From Chlorobiota bacterium (GTDB lineage: Bacteria; Bacteroidota; Chlorobiia; Chlorobiales; Chlorobiaceae), in NCBI GenBank assembly GCA_016866305.1, contig VGMX01000014.1, positions 2,161 through 66,160 on the forward strand: 64,000 nt of DNA, in the 5' to 3' direction. The notes under the pieces are model-generated. The model was not told the origin of the DNA and did no database searches. It worked only from the letters and a program-made list of their open reading frames with translations. The number at the start of each line of letters is the position of its first letter. Positions within the stretch are counted from its first letter, which is position 1. Positions 9,716 to 20,848 of this stretch are shown here, one piece after another. Both the position numbers and the translations under genes were made by a program.

Positions 9716-10969
9716 TCAGTCAGCCTTGCGGTCGAGAGAATGACTTGAGGCAATCGATGCTGCTTTTCCGGCCGGATACAGGCTCACCATAAGCGTCAGT
9801 GCGATTGCCGCCGCTCCTACGGCAAGAAAATCCCCGCTTTTCATGCTTACCGGATAGGCCTCGATGATAAAGGCGCTTGTCGAGGGAAGCCGCACCAGCC
9901 CATAGACCTCCTGCAGCCTGCAGACGCTCCAGGCAATGATCTCTCCGGTGAAGGTGCCCGCAATGCCGGTCATCCCCCCCTGGATGATGAAGATTCCCAT
10001 GAACTGCGGTTTCTCGAAACCCAGACAGCGAAGATAGAACAGCTCCTTTTGCTTGTCGATCGCTGTCATGGCAAGAGAGCCTGTAAGACTGAGCGCCGCC
10101 ACAAGGACAACAAGCATGAGAATGCTGAAACTTGCCCACTTTTCAAGCTCCATGACAGCGAAAATGTCGCGGTACTTGCTCTCGAGCGTCCGCAACCGGC
10201 AGGTTTTGGCCAGTGGTGTTCCCGACAGCCACGCTTCCAGGTTACGCAGCATTTCTTTTCTGGAAACTCCCTGTTCCGCCCGGATATCGATACCGCTGTA
10301 CCTTTCAGTGCCGAACAGGAGCACGTTTTGTGCAAATTCATTTGATGCAAGCACATAGCGGTCGTCAAAAAGCTTCTGCAGTGCGAAGGTCGAGGAAACC
10401 TTCGCCTCGGGAACCCGCAGCGCTTCAAGCATGAACGGATCCGAAAGCAGCTCAAGACCAACACTGATCAGTTCCGGACTGAAGAGTTTCACTTCGCTGA
10501 AAGGCGAAAGCTCAAGGCGTGCGGCAATGAGTTCTCCGGCTGAAACCGTGGCGTTGCTGAAATAGGGCTGCTGGGTGCCGGTTCTGCGCATCAGTTCACG
10601 GTGCCCCGCATCGCTTACTCCCCGCAGCATCACCAGTTCGCTTTTTTTACGGCCGGAAAGGATCGCGTCGCCCTCGCAGAACGGCTCGGCAAGAGCCACT
10701 CCCCTGACGGATTCGATAGTTTTGAGCAGCCGGTCACTGACGGCGATCGATTCCCCGCCGGTCTGCGAAACCAGCTGTACCTCGCCTTCAAGCGTGTTGA
10801 ACATGTCGAAAGCAAGTTTTTGAAAACCGTTCAGCACACTCATGACAATGAGCAGGGTGCTCACGCCGATGACGATGCCGGCAAGGCTTATGGCAGAGAT
10901 GACATTGATAACCCTGAAACGCTTGCGGGCGAAACTGAACCTCCGGGCAATCCATAATGCAGTTTTCAT
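9716..10969 (-). CDS. LolC/E-like (MacB/FtsX) ABC permease
   Basis: SLAGIVIGVSTLLIVMSVLNGFQ N-terminal TM, periplasmic domain, three C-terminal TMs, YPVS motif. Confidence 0.85.
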   Translation of the reverse strand: MKTALWIARRFSFARKRFRVINVISAISLAGIVIGVSTLLIVMSVLNGFQKLAFDMFNTLEGEVQLVSQTGGESIAVSDRLLKTIESVRGVALAEPFCEGDAILSGRKKSELVMLRGVSDAGHRELMRRTGTQQPYFSNATVSAGELIAARLELSPFSEVKLFSPELISVGLELLSDPFMLEALRVPEAKVSSTFALQKLFDDRYVLASNEFAQNVLLFGTERYSGIDIRAEQGVSRKEMLRNLEAWLSGTPLAKTCRLRTLESKYRDIFAVMELEKWASFSILMLVVLVAALSLTGSLAMTAIDKQKELFYLRCLGFEKPQFMGIFIIQGGMTGIAGTFTGEIIAWSVCRLQEVYGLVRLPSTSAFIIEAYPVSMKSGDFLAVGAAAIALTLMVSLYPAGKAASIASSHSLDRKAD

Positions 10970-10981
10970 ACTGAAATTCGG

Positions 10982-12256
10982 TCAGGTGGTCAGCGCCGTG
11001 CCGGGATTGAGCGAAGCGGCAATTCTTGAAGGAATGAAGGCGAACAGCATGGTCAGCAGGACAACGGCAAACCCGACGGCAAGGTAATCCAGCGGATCGA
11101 TCATCAGTGGCACAGAGGTGATGAAATAGCTTTTTTCCGGGAGGGAGATCAGATGAAAGCGCTGTTCGAACAGGGTGAGCCCAAGTGCCGTAACCGCTCC
11201 GGTAATGACTCCTGCAAGCGCGATAAGCAAGGACTGCCCAAGAAATATCCTGCTGATTCTGCGAGGTTCGAGCCCGAGCGCAATCAGCATGCCGATTTCC
11301 CTGGTTTTCTCGATAACGAGTACCAGAAGGGTGGAAATAATGTTGAAGACCGCAACCACCGTAATGGTGATGATCAAAAGGGGGGAGATGTTTTTCTGCA
11401 GCTTGAGCCATTCAAAAAGGTTCGCATAGCGCTCGAAAACCGTATAGGTATAAAACGGAAACCCGAGTTTCCTGCCGAGATCTCCGGAAACCGACGCTAT
11501 CCGGCCGATATCGTCCACCCGGATATCATAACCGCTGATCATTCCGGGATGAAACCGTTTTTGAACCTCATCGATGCTGCCGAGCACCACGACATCGTCA
11601 AACCCTTCCTGCAGCCCGGTGTCATAGATTCCCTTTATCCGGCCCCGTTCAAGATCAAGCGAGGAAAGCAGTTCGACAATTTCGGCATTTCCGCTGATCA
11701 TGGCGTCGGACTCATTGCCGTTCAGCCCGGCCAGCAACACCCGGTCCCCGCTTTTCAGGCCGAGATATTCCGCAAGGGTTTTGCCGATATAGAGCGACAG
11801 GACGCCCTCTTCTGCCGGCTCCGAAGCGGCTTCGCCACTGAAAAGGTACTGTTTCAGGAATTCCGCCCGTTCCTGTCCGGTGATGCCCTTCAGCACCACG
11901 GGGCGTACCGCCGCCCCACGCTTGTCCTCTGCGGATCGGCGGCTGCGCAGAATGAAGCTTTTTTCAAGAAAGGGCGAAACCGACATGACTCCGGGAGTCG
12001 CTGTGATCGAACGCCTTTCGAAGCGGCTTTGCTGAAAATAGCGGTCTCCGGCCTGGCGCACCTGGATGTGCGAAGTGAAACTGATCAGCTTGTTTTCGAT
12101 GCTGACGGCAAACCCCTTGACGATCGAAAGCGTCAGGATGAGCGCGGCTGTTCCGACGGCGATGCCGACAACTGAAGCAAGCACGATAAATGCAGGTCTG
12201 GAACCGGTGCGCTCCCTGAATGCAAACCGGCGGGCAATGAAGAATAACGGGTTCAT
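10982..12256 (-). CDS. LolC/E-like (MacB/FtsX) ABC permease
   Basis: GIAVGTAALILTLSIVKGF, EKTREIGMLIALG, IPSRIAASLNP motifs. Confidence 0.87.
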   Translation of the reverse strand: MNPLFFIARRFAFRERTGSRPAFIVLASVVGIAVGTAALILTLSIVKGFAVSIENKLISFTSHIQVRQAGDRYFQQSRFERRSITATPGVMSVSPFLEKSFILRSRRSAEDKRGAAVRPVVLKGITGQERAEFLKQYLFSGEAASEPAEEGVLSLYIGKTLAEYLGLKSGDRVLLAGLNGNESDAMISGNAEIVELLSSLDLERGRIKGIYDTGLQEGFDDVVVLGSIDEVQKRFHPGMISGYDIRVDDIGRIASVSGDLGRKLGFPFYTYTVFERYANLFEWLKLQKNISPLLIITITVVAVFNIISTLLVLVIEKTREIGMLIALGLEPRRISRIFLGQSLLIALAGVITGAVTALGLTLFEQRFHLISLPEKSYFITSVPLMIDPLDYLAVGFAVVLLTMLFAFIPSRIAASLNPGTALTT

Positions 12257-13497
12257 TTTCCCTCCTCTCCGTTCCTGATGGCTGAAAAAGCGCAGACACG
12301 GTTTCTTCCGGCGGATTTTGCCCGGTAAAGCGCCCGGTCGGCATTGTTGACAAGGGTATACCAGTCCGGGGCATCCCCGGGAAAGGTCGCGATGCCGATA
12401 CTGACGGTCAGACGGCCTTCAGGCTGGTGTTTTTCGTGAGCCACCGGTTCGGCGCAGATGATCATGCGCAGCCGTTCGGATATCTGCAAGGTGGTTTCAT
12501 GGTCGGTACGGGGAAAGAGCACGGCAAACTCCTCGCCCCCGAAGCGCGAGGGCATATCGCTTGTGCGGCACTGGCTGCTGATGATGCCCGCAAGCTGGGC
12601 GAGCACCCGGTCCCCGGCCACATGGCCGTGTTCGTCATTGTACTGCTTGAAATGATCGATGTCGATCATCGCTATCGATACCATATCTCCGGCCCGCTTG
12701 GATCGTTCGATCTCCATGATGAGATGCTCCTTGAAATGCCGGTAATTATACAGATTTGTTTTTTCATCGCGAATATGCAGTTCGTCAAGCTTTTTGTTTT
12801 TCGCTTCTATGTCCATACAGAATTCCGCCATGGTATCGGTTATGCGGCAAATATCCCTGGAATGGGGGCTCAGGGTCAGATCGTTCCGGATATCTTCGGC
12901 GGTTTCATGGATGCTCTCGGGTATGCATCGGTTGATGGTGCCTATTTTTTCTGAAAGCCGGGAAAGCGGAATCAGCGTCATGGTATAGGTGCGGTAGAAC
13001 TCCCGCCATGAGCCGGTAATGAGCAGGATGAAAAGCACCAGAACCGTCATGACAAAGATGTTGCTGATTCTGATGCACGCGTCGAGCGCACGGTGCACTT
13101 CGGTTTCGGCTTTGCCGATGCTGTTGTCGAGGGCAAGCAGGAAAATTTCACGATCGGCATCCGCAAAAGGCTGGAGTCCGCCTCTCTTCTGAATGAGCGC
13201 TCCGGAAATCTCCTTTTCACCTGCCGCTTCGGCGCTTTCAAGCACCTTGCCGAGCATGAACTGCATGACCTTCGCGCTTTTCTGCGGCACAGCCCCGGTG
13301 CCTTCCGTGGTGATCTTTTCCCTGAACTCGACAAGATCGAGATAGAGCGCCTGCTTGTTCCTGAGGTTTTCGACAAGCTCGTTGCGGTAAAGCATGAAGC
13401 CGACGGTCACGAAAAGCGTCAGCAGCAGGAAAATGGTTCCGGCCATGGTGATGCGCTGCAGCCGTGCCGGCTGGTTTGTCTGGGAGGCATCGCTCAT
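12253..13497 (-). CDS. Membrane-anchored diguanylate cyclase (GGDEF)
   Basis: Two TM segments; DEKTNLYN, MIDIDHFKQYND, RTSD I-site, SRFGGEEF active site. Confidence 0.9.
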   Translation of the reverse strand: MSDASQTNQPARLQRITMAGTIFLLLTLFVTVGFMLYRNELVENLRNKQALYLDLVEFREKITTEGTGAVPQKSAKVMQFMLGKVLESAEAAGEKEISGALIQKRGGLQPFADADREIFLLALDNSIGKAETEVHRALDACIRISNIFVMTVLVLFILLITGSWREFYRTYTMTLIPLSRLSEKIGTINRCIPESIHETAEDIRNDLTLSPHSRDICRITDTMAEFCMDIEAKNKKLDELHIRDEKTNLYNYRHFKEHLIMEIERSKRAGDMVSIAMIDIDHFKQYNDEHGHVAGDRVLAQLAGIISSQCRTSDMPSRFGGEEFAVLFPRTDHETTLQISERLRMIICAEPVAHEKHQPEGRLTVSIGIATFPGDAPDWYTLVNNADRALYRAKSAGRNRVCAFSAIRNGEEGK

Positions 13498-13501
13498 GCT
13501 G

Positions 13502-14464
13502 TTATTTCAGGATGATGTTTCTCGGCAATTGACGGACCGGCGCAAGATAACTCCTTTCGAAAGCTTTCTGCCCCTCTTTCGACAGCCAGGAGCCGAAACC
13601 TGTTGCCAGCGGATTGCCCGGCACGTAGATGAAGGATACTGTTGTGGTGAGCGGATAGGCAGCACTGAAAAGATGCTGCTCGGAAGGCATGCGGGCTGTC
13701 GAGCCGGGTTGGCCGGATGCAACCGGAAGCATTCGGATCTGTTTGTGAATGCCGTCCGGAAGGGAAAGCGTTTTGTATGCCGACAGGTACAACAGGCCAA
13801 GCGCCCTGGTATCGGATGCCGTCCGGACGGCAAGCAGGCTGTCCGAACCAGCCTCACGGGCATGAATCCGCCGTATTCCCGTACCGAGCAGTTCCGAAAC
13901 CGTTGCCAGCAGGCGATAGTCACTGCGGGAGATCCATGGGACAAGCTCCGCCCCTTCCTGTCGGCTTCCTGAAAATATCGCGCCGAGCGTTCCGATGGTT
14001 ATGGAATCGACCGGACAGTTGCGGTTGACCAGACAGACAAGTGCATCGCGGGCAACCGGCTCCTTTCTGCCCCGAAACTCCGGAAGTTCGAGCAGAGAGG
14101 CCTCTTCGGGCGTGAGCGAGCCGTTGATCAGCACCGCACCGGCCCGCTTTTTCAGCATCGACAGAAGGGTTTTCCCGGGCAACTCGGATACAACGGAAAT
14201 CGAGGCATCCGGATAGTGCGCCGTGAATATCCCCGCCTGCTCTTCGGCGGCTTTCACCAGGGAAGCATCAGCGGCAACCCGGAGGTGGCCCGAAGTCGGC
14301 GACTGAAGCCCGGTCTCCCTTGCGGAATAGGCTTCACATCCCGAAACCAGCAAGAGCATCAGAAAAGCCCTGAAGAAGCCCGCGAGCACCGCCGCTCCTC
14401 CCCTGCCGGAAGAATTCCCGAAACACCCTTTCAGGCTCACCATGTTCTTTTTGCTTGCAGGCAT
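13502..14464 (-). CDS. PstS-like/PBP2 substrate-binding lipoprotein; start uncertain (14443/14464)
   Basis: Lipobox-like LLLVSG-C; VARDALVCLVN and YPLTTTVSF resemble PBP_like_2 family motifs. Confidence 0.65.
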   Translation of the reverse strand: MPASKKNMVSLKGCFGNSSGRGGAAVLAGFFRAFLMLLLVSGCEAYSARETGLQSPTSGHLRVAADASLVKAAEEQAGIFTAHYPDASISVVSELPGKTLLSMLKKRAGAVLINGSLTPEEASLLELPEFRGRKEPVARDALVCLVNRNCPVDSITIGTLGAIFSGSRQEGAELVPWISRSDYRLLATVSELLGTGIRRIHAREAGSDSLLAVRTASDTRALGLLYLSAYKTLSLPDGIHKQIRMLPVASGQPGSTARMPSEQHLFSAAYPLTTTVSFIYVPGNPLATGFGSWLSKEGQKAFERSYLAPVRQLPRNIILK

Positions 14465-14603
14465 ATGCGTATGATAGCAATCCCCGGGCAGAATTGCAGA
14501 TAGAAAAAGCTTTCGGGACAACACGTTTTACCTGTGTTACGGAAAGAAAAAAACAGCTGAAACGTCTTGATAATTCTGTAAAAAAATGTAATATATTCAC
14601 TTT

Positions 14604-14621
14604 ATTGAATATTTATTCAAT
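14604..14621. promoter_or_regulatory. ARG box (ArgR operator) upstream of argC
   Basis: ATTGAATATTTATTCAAT matches the WNTGAAT-N4-ATTCANW consensus; degenerate ATTCA half-sites at 14595 and 14634; argR is in the downstream operon. Confidence 0.8.
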
Positions 14622-14749
14622 TATCAAATCAATATTCAACTCGCTTATCGCGTTTTTTCTTCTTGCATTACTTTTTAATGTCCGTGAAATAACCTATCAT
14701 CGCAGATTTCAGGGAAACACTTTTATTCATCAGCAGAAAAGCTCTCGCC

Positions 14750-15778
14750 ATGCATCCAGAGCCATCATTGAAGGTACGACATTCGGTTTCGGTTATCGGC
14801 GCTTCCGGTTATTCGGGCGCCGAGCTCGTTCGCCTGCTGCAACACCACCCGGAGGTGCGCCTTGAAGCGCTTTATGCGTTTTCACAGGCCGGCAAGCGCT
14901 TTTCCGACCTGTATCCTGCGATTCCCTGCGATATGGCATTCAGGCGGTATGAAGGCGATTGCGCAAGCGAAATCTGCTTTCTGGCACTTCCTCACGGAGA
15001 GGCACTCGGCATCGTACCGGAACTCGTCGGTTCCGGAAAAACCGTGATCGATCTCTCCGGAGATTTCAGGCTGAAAAGCCCTGAGGAGCATGCTCGCTTC
15101 TACGGGCAGAACAAACCCTCCGGCGCTTGCCTGACCTATGCGGTGCCGGAACTTTTCAGAAACGAGATTTCCGGATCAACGGCCGTAAGCAATCCGGGAT
15201 GCTATGCCACAAGCATCATCCTCGGGCTTGCTCCTCTCTTTCTCGCCCCCGGCCGCTCCTTCAGCGTCCGGTCGGTCAGCTGTACGGCGGTTTCGGGCAT
15301 TTCAGGAGCAGGGAGAAGCAGCAAAACCGAACTCTCGTTTTCAGAGATGAGTGAAAACATGCGTGCATACAAGGTCGGCGGCCACCAGCATACGCCCGAA
15401 ATCATGCAGGCGCTTGGATCGTCGGCTTCCGATCCGTCGTTTGACTTCACCTTCACTCCGGTGATCGGACCATTTACCAGGGGAATCTATAGCGTCCTGA
15501 CGGTCTTTTTCGATGGGAAGCCGGAAGCGGACAGCATGCACGGGCTCTACCGGAGCTTTTACGCAGGAGCGCCATTTGTCCGCCTGCGTGAGAGCATGAC
15601 CGAAGTGCGCCATGTCGCACAAACCAATTTCTGCGACATTCATCTTGCACACGGGCCGGAAAACGGCAGAATGGTGATCGTCAGCGCCATCGATAACCTG
15701 CTCAAGGGTGCGGCGGGTCAGGCGGTACAGAACATGAACCTCATGCTTGGACTGGAAGAAACCCTTGGCTTACGGTAA
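14750..15778 (+). CDS. argC: N-acetyl-gamma-glutamyl-phosphate reductase
   Basis: [47 protein letters not shown]. Confidence 0.96.
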   Translation: MHPEPSLKVRHSVSVIGASGYSGAELVRLLQHHPEVRLEALYAFSQAGKRFSDLYPAIPCDMAFRRYEGDCASEICFLALPHGEALGIVPELVGSGKTVIDLSGDFRLKSPEEHARFYGQNKPSGACLTYAVPELFRNEISGSTAVSNPGCYATSIILGLAPLFLAPGRSFSVRSVSCTAVSGISGAGRSSKTELSFSEMSENMRAYKVGGHQHTPEIMQALGSSASDPSFDFTFTPVIGPFTRGIYSVLTVFFDGKPEADSMHGLYRSFYAGAPFVRLRESMTEVRHVAQTNFCDIHLAHGPENGRMVIVSAIDNLLKGAAGQAVQNMNLMLGLEETLGLR

Positions 15779-15813
15779 GCGCAAATAACCATTTTAACGC
15801 AAACGCTACTTTC

Positions 15814-17100
15814 GTGACATTCAACCTTCAGAAAGCACAGGATATCATCGACGATCTCTCAGCATCGACATCATGGCCTGCCGGCCTCACCCCCCGGCTT
15901 TCCTGCGGTTTCGACGACTCAGGGTTCTGGCCGGAAGGATTTCATGCCGCCGGCGTCAGTGCCGGCATCAGGTACGACAAACGGGATGTCATGCTGCTCT
16001 ATTCCGAAAAGCCCGCATCGGCAGCGGCGGTATTCACCACGAACCTGTGCTGTGCCGCTCCCGTAACGCTCTCGCGGGAACATCTTCGACAGAGCCGCGG
16101 AGTGATGCGGGCGCTCATCTGCAACAGCGGCAATGCCAATGCGGCAACCGGACAGAAGGGGATGGACGATGCCTCAGCCATGGCCGATGGGGCTGCAGAA
16201 CTGCTGGGCGTGCAGCGTGGCGAGGTGCTTGTCGCATCGACCGGGGTGATCGGCCAGCCATTGCCGATGCCGAAAATTCTTGCCGCCCTGCCCGCGCTTA
16301 TCCCGGCTTTTCTCAGGAACTCGGGCCTCGATGCTGCCGAAGCCATCATGACGACCGATACATTCCCGAAATTCCTGTCACTCGACGTGCTGCTTTCCAG
16401 CGGTCCCGTCAGGATTTCAGGCATCGCCAAGGGTTCCGGCATGATCTGTCCCGATATGGCTACCATGCTGGCGTTTCTGGCTACCGACGCCAACATCGAA
16501 CCGGCCCTCCTGCAACGCATGCTCCGGGAAGCCAATGAAAGAAGCTTCAATGCCATAACCGTGGACGGCGACACCAGCACCAATGACATGGTATCGATTC
16601 TTGCGGCAGGAAGCGGTCCGCTTCTTCGGGAAGAGAGCCGGGATACCGCTCGATTTGCCGAAGCCCTCGGGCTGCTCATGACCTTTCTTGCCAAGCTGAT
16701 CGTCATTGACGGTGAGGGCGCCACGAAACTTGTGGAAATACGCGTCGAGGGGGCCTTATCCGTCGAGGATGCGCAACGTACCGCAAAAACCATAGCAAAC
16801 TCCCCGCTGGTTAAAACCGCCCTGCACGGCCAGGACGCCAACTGGGGAAGGATCATTGCCGCTGCGGGCCGTTCAGGCGCGACTTTCAGGCAGGAAGAGG
16901 TGGCAATTAGCTTTGACGGTCTGGCTGTGCTCAAGCCGGGCTTCAGAGCCGATTTTTCCGAAGAGGAAGCCGCCTTCATCCTGAAAAAGCCTTCCTATGC
17001 CATAACGGTGCGTCTTGGAGATGGACCCGGAAAGGCCGTTGTCTGGACCTGCGATCTCAGCAAGGAGTATATCGAGATCAACGGCAGCTATCGGAGCTGA
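15814..17100 (+). CDS. argJ: Ornithine acetyltransferase ArgJ
   Basis: NSGNANAATG, STGVIG, MTTDT, KGSGMICPDMA-TML autocleavage site, DGEGATK, GQDANWGRI, YIEINGSYRS; GTG start. Confidence 0.96.
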   Translation: MTFNLQKAQDIIDDLSASTSWPAGLTPRLSCGFDDSGFWPEGFHAAGVSAGIRYDKRDVMLLYSEKPASAAAVFTTNLCCAAPVTLSREHLRQSRGVMRALICNSGNANAATGQKGMDDASAMADGAAELLGVQRGEVLVASTGVIGQPLPMPKILAALPALIPAFLRNSGLDAAEAIMTTDTFPKFLSLDVLLSSGPVRISGIAKGSGMICPDMATMLAFLATDANIEPALLQRMLREANERSFNAITVDGDTSTNDMVSILAAGSGPLLREESRDTARFAEALGLLMTFLAKLIVIDGEGATKLVEIRVEGALSVEDAQRTAKTIANSPLVKTALHGQDANWGRIIAAAGRSGATFRQEEVAISFDGLAVLKPGFRADFSEEEAAFILKKPSYAITVRLGDGPGKAVVWTCDLSKEYIEINGSYRS

Positions 17101-17139
17101 TTTTCCGAATTATGCAACAAGCCAAGAACTGACAGAAAA

Positions 17140-18051
17140 ATGAACCCTTTGTGCAGCGAAATCACAACCCGGCGAAAAGCCCCTGAAGCCGCAATCGGCC
17201 AGGTACTCATCGAGGCGCTTCCCTATATCCGCAAATTCGAGGGGAAGACCTTCGTCATCAAGTACGGCGGATCGGCCATGAAGGACGAGGTGCTGAAGAA
17301 CAGTTTCGCGCAGAATGTCACCCTCCTGAGAAAGGTCGGTATCAACGTCGTCCTGGTGCACGGGGGCGGAGACGCCATCACCCGTACCGCAGAAAAGCTC
17401 GGTCTCGTATCCAGATTCGTGCACGGCAAGCGAGTGACCGACCGGGAGATGATTGCGGTGGTGCAGATGACGCTTGCCGGCAAGGTAAACCAGGATATCG
17501 TCCGCCTGCTCAGCGAGCATGGCGGAAAGGCCGTCGGGGTGACCGGTCTGGATGCCGATACCATTCAGGCGGTACCGGGTCCGAACGCACGGACGCTCGG
17601 TCTTGTAGGCGATGTCAGCTCGATCAATACCGGCTATATCGACCTGCTCTGCCGCGCAGGACTTATTCCCGTCATCGCGCCTATCGGGTACGACGAGGAC
17701 GGCAATATCTACAACATCAACGCCGACGATGCCGCAAGCAGCATCGCTATTGCACTCAAGGCTGAAAAACTCATCTACGTCAGTGACGTCGAGGGCATCC
17801 AGGTGGGGGACAAAATTCTGAAGACCCTCTGCAAGGCTGAAGCCGCCGAGTTCATCGAGCAGGGCATCATTTCCGGCGGCATGATCCCGAAAGTGCTTTC
17901 GGCATTCAAGACGCTTGACGGTGGTGCCGGTAAAATCCACCTGATCGACGGCAAATTCACGCACTCCCTCCTGCTTGAAATCTTTACCCATGAGGGGGTA
18001 GGCACCCAGTTTATCGCCGAACAGGATAACGATCAACCAGAAAACAGGTAA
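17140..18051 (+). CDS. argB: Acetylglutamate kinase
   Basis: [29 protein letters not shown]. Confidence 0.96.
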   Translation: MNPLCSEITTRRKAPEAAIGQVLIEALPYIRKFEGKTFVIKYGGSAMKDEVLKNSFAQNVTLLRKVGINVVLVHGGGDAITRTAEKLGLVSRFVHGKRVTDREMIAVVQMTLAGKVNQDIVRLLSEHGGKAVGVTGLDADTIQAVPGPNARTLGLVGDVSSINTGYIDLLCRAGLIPVIAPIGYDEDGNIYNINADDAASSIAIALKAEKLIYVSDVEGIQVGDKILKTLCKAEAAEFIEQGIISGGMIPKVLSAFKTLDGGAGKIHLIDGKFTHSLLLEIFTHEGVGTQFIAEQDNDQPENR

Positions 18052-18058
18052 AACCTCT

Positions 18059-19075
18059 ATGGAACAGGCTTCCAAAGCGGCACAGGCCGGAAAACGTGAT
18101 TTTCTCGGATTTTCAAGGCTCGATGCGGCAAAAATCATTGAACTTTTCGACTACTCGCTCCATATCAAGCAGAAAAGAAAACGCAACACCGCCGATGAGC
18201 CGTTTCTGCCGCTGCAGCACAGAACCGTGGCCATGATTTTCAGCAAACCGTCGCTGCGCACGAGAGTCTCCTTCGAACTCGGCATTCATGAGCTCGGCGG
18301 CTACGCAATCACTCTTGAAGGCAAATCCATCGGGGTGGGCTCACGGGAATCCGTCGAGGATATCGCCCGCCTGCTCTCTCGCTACAACGACGCCATCGTT
18401 GCCAGGCTTCATGAACACAGCGTCATCGAGGGACTTGCCGAAAACGCCACGGTTCCGGTCATCAACGCCCTGACCGACCTCTCGCACCCCTGTCAGGTGC
18501 TGGCAGACGCCTTTACCCTGTATGAGCGGGGGTTATGGCGCGAAGGCATCAAGGTGGTGTTTGTGGGAGACGGCAACAATGTCGCCAATTCCTGGATCGA
18601 ACTTGCCGGCATCCTTCCATTCCATTTCGTGCTTGCCTGTCCAGAAGGCTATACTCCGGACCGTGCAATCCTTGAATCCGCGCGTGCCGCAGGCATCAGC
18701 CGGATCGATGTGGTGCACGATCCCGATGCTGCGGCATCCGGCGCCGACGTTCTTTACACCGACGTCTGGACCAGTATGGGACAGGAGGACGAACACGAAG
18801 AGCGGTTACACATTTTCTCGCCTTACCAGATCAACAGCCGGCTGCTCGGTCTGGCCAGCCCTTCTGCCGTGGTCATGCACTGTATGCCGGCACATCGCGG
18901 ACAGGAGATCACCGCCGAGGTGATGGACGGTCCGCAGTCGGTCATCCTCGACGAGGCGGAAAACCGGCTTCACGTGCAGAAAGCGCTGCTTGTCAAGCTG
19001 CTGAACCATGAAGAGTACCGGAAATTCCATCTCACGCACCGGCTGCTCAACGCCGCAAAGAACATCAAAACCTGA
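18059..19075 (+). CDS. argF: Ornithine carbamoyltransferase
   Basis: SLRTRVSFE, HPCQ, GDGNNV, DVWTSMG, HCMP. Confidence 0.93.
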   Translation: MEQASKAAQAGKRDFLGFSRLDAAKIIELFDYSLHIKQKRKRNTADEPFLPLQHRTVAMIFSKPSLRTRVSFELGIHELGGYAITLEGKSIGVGSRESVEDIARLLSRYNDAIVARLHEHSVIEGLAENATVPVINALTDLSHPCQVLADAFTLYERGLWREGIKVVFVGDGNNVANSWIELAGILPFHFVLACPEGYTPDRAILESARAAGISRIDVVHDPDAAASGADVLYTDVWTSMGQEDEHEERLHIFSPYQINSRLLGLASPSAVVMHCMPAHRGQEITAEVMDGPQSVILDEAENRLHVQKALLVKLLNHEEYRKFHLTHRLLNAAKNIKT

Positions 19076-19082
19076 TCAAGCG

Positions 19083-19529
19083 ATGAACAAACAGGTCCGG
19101 CAGCAGAAAATAAGGGAGATACTGCATCGTCGTGAAGCCGGCAACCAGCACGATCTGCTCCGGCTGCTCGATGAGGCGGGCATAAAAGTCGCCCAGGCAA
19201 CGCTTTCACGGGACTGCACGGAACTCGGCATCATGCGTTCAAAAGGCGTTCACGGCTATCGCCTTGTACTGCCGGAAGAAAATCCCGGCAATATCATCAA
19301 AGGGCTTGTGGAGGTGGAGGTGCTTTCCATTCAGGCCAATGAAACCGCCATCATTATCAAGACCCTTCCCGGAAGGGCGCATGGCGTGGGATCGTTTCTC
19401 GACCAGTTGAAAAATTCCCCGATTCTCGGCACGATAGCCGGAGACGATACCCTCCTGGTTATTCCTGCATCGGTATCGCAGATTTCCCAGGTGATATCCT
19501 ATATTCAGGATAATCTTTCCAAAAACTGA
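19083..19529 (+). CDS. argR: Arginine repressor
   Basis: From ATG 19083: QATLSRD winged helix and GTIAGDDT arginine-binding motif. Confidence 0.95.
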   Translation: MNKQVRQQKIREILHRREAGNQHDLLRLLDEAGIKVAQATLSRDCTELGIMRSKGVHGYRLVLPEENPGNIIKGLVEVEVLSIQANETAIIIKTLPGRAHGVGSFLDQLKNSPILGTIAGDDTLLVIPASVSQISQVISYIQDNLSKN

Positions 19530-19549
19530 CAATCCAACACACGAAACGC

Positions 19550-20752
19550 ATGAGCAAGGAAAAAATCGCCATCGCCTACTCCGGAGGACTCGATACCTCC
19601 GTGATGATCAAATGGCTCAAAGACAAATACGACGCAGAGATCGTGGCCGTCACCGGCAATCTCGGCCAGACAAAAGAGATCGAGAACCTCGAATCCAAGG
19701 CGCTCTCGACCGGTGCTTCATCGTTCAGGTTCGTCGATCTGCGCAAGACCTTCGTCGAGGAGTATATCTGGCGGGCACTGAAAGCCGGGGCGCTTTACGA
19801 GGATGTCTATCCGCTGGCCACGGCGCTCGGCAGGCCGCTGCTTGCCAAAGCGCTGGTCGATGTCGCCATCGCGGAGAACTGCACCATGCTCGCCCACGGC
19901 TGCACCGGAAAAGGCAACGACCAGGTGCGTTTCGAGGTTACCTTCGCCGCGCTTGCCCCGCACCTGAAAATTCTCGCCCCGCTTCGCGAATGGGAGTTCA
20001 CCTCGCGTGAAGCGGAGATAGCCTATGCGCTCGAACACAACATTCCGGTTTCGGCAACCAGGAAAAGCCCCTACTCGATCGACGAGAACATCTGGGGGAT
20101 CAGCATCGAATGCGGCGTACTCGAAGATCCCATGGTGACGCCGCCGGAAGATGCCTACCAGATCACCACCTCTCCGGAAACGGCACCCGATACTCCGTCA
20201 GCGGTGGAAATCGAATTCACTGAAGGCGTACCGGTTGCGCTCGACGACCGGCGCATGAGCGGCCTTGAGATGATCATGAAGCTGAACGACATCGGCGCGG
20301 CCAACGGTATCGGTCGACTTGACATGATCGAGAACCGCGTGGTCGGCATCAAATCGCGTGAAATCTACGAGGCGCCGGCAGCAACCATCCTGCACTTCGC
20401 ACACCGGGAAATCGAGCGCCTGACGCTTGAAAAGAGTGTCTTCCAGTACAAGAAGAACATCAGCCAGGATTACGCCAACATCATTTATAACGGCACCTGG
20501 TTCTCTCCGATGCGCAAGGCTTTCGACGCCTTTGTCGATGAAACCCAGAAACCGGTTACGGGCGTCGTGCGCCTGAAGCTCTACAAAGGCGGGATTTCAC
20601 TGCTCGGCAGGAACTCTCCGAATTCACTCTACAACGAGGAACTTGCAACCTACACCGAAGCCGACACCTTCAACCACAAGGCGGCAGCCGGTTTTATCCA
20701 TCTGTACGGCCTCGGGCTGAAAACCTTCAGCCAGGTCAATCCGGACAGGTAA
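19550..20752 (+). CDS. argG: Argininosuccinate synthase
   Basis: [42 protein letters not shown]. Confidence 0.97.
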   Translation: MSKEKIAIAYSGGLDTSVMIKWLKDKYDAEIVAVTGNLGQTKEIENLESKALSTGASSFRFVDLRKTFVEEYIWRALKAGALYEDVYPLATALGRPLLAKALVDVAIAENCTMLAHGCTGKGNDQVRFEVTFAALAPHLKILAPLREWEFTSREAEIAYALEHNIPVSATRKSPYSIDENIWGISIECGVLEDPMVTPPEDAYQITTSPETAPDTPSAVEIEFTEGVPVALDDRRMSGLEMIMKLNDIGAANGIGRLDMIENRVVGIKSREIYEAPAATILHFAHREIERLTLEKSVFQYKKNISQDYANIIYNGTWFSPMRKAFDAFVDETQKPVTGVVRLKLYKGGISLLGRNSPNSLYNEELATYTEADTFNHKAAAGFIHLYGLGLKTFSQVNPDR

Positions 20753-20763
20753 GCGCAACGGCT

Positions 20764-20796
20764 TTCCGCTCCTGCCGACGCACGGCAGGAGCGGAA
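20764..20796 (+). terminator. 14-bp perfect hairpin between argG and argH
   Basis: TTCCGCTCCTGCCG-acgca-CGGCAGGAGCGGAA; only a weak U-tract follows. Confidence 0.55.
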
Positions 20797-20848
20797 TCCC
20801 TGTTGTTTCGTCCAGAAGGAATGATCTTGCAAACAACACGACTTTTTC

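Noticed and set aside
18059-19075. N-succinyl/N-acetylornithine transcarbamylase because of the SLRT motif
   Set aside because: The DxxxSMG ornithine-binding loop is intact and argJ is present, consistent with ordinary OTCase.
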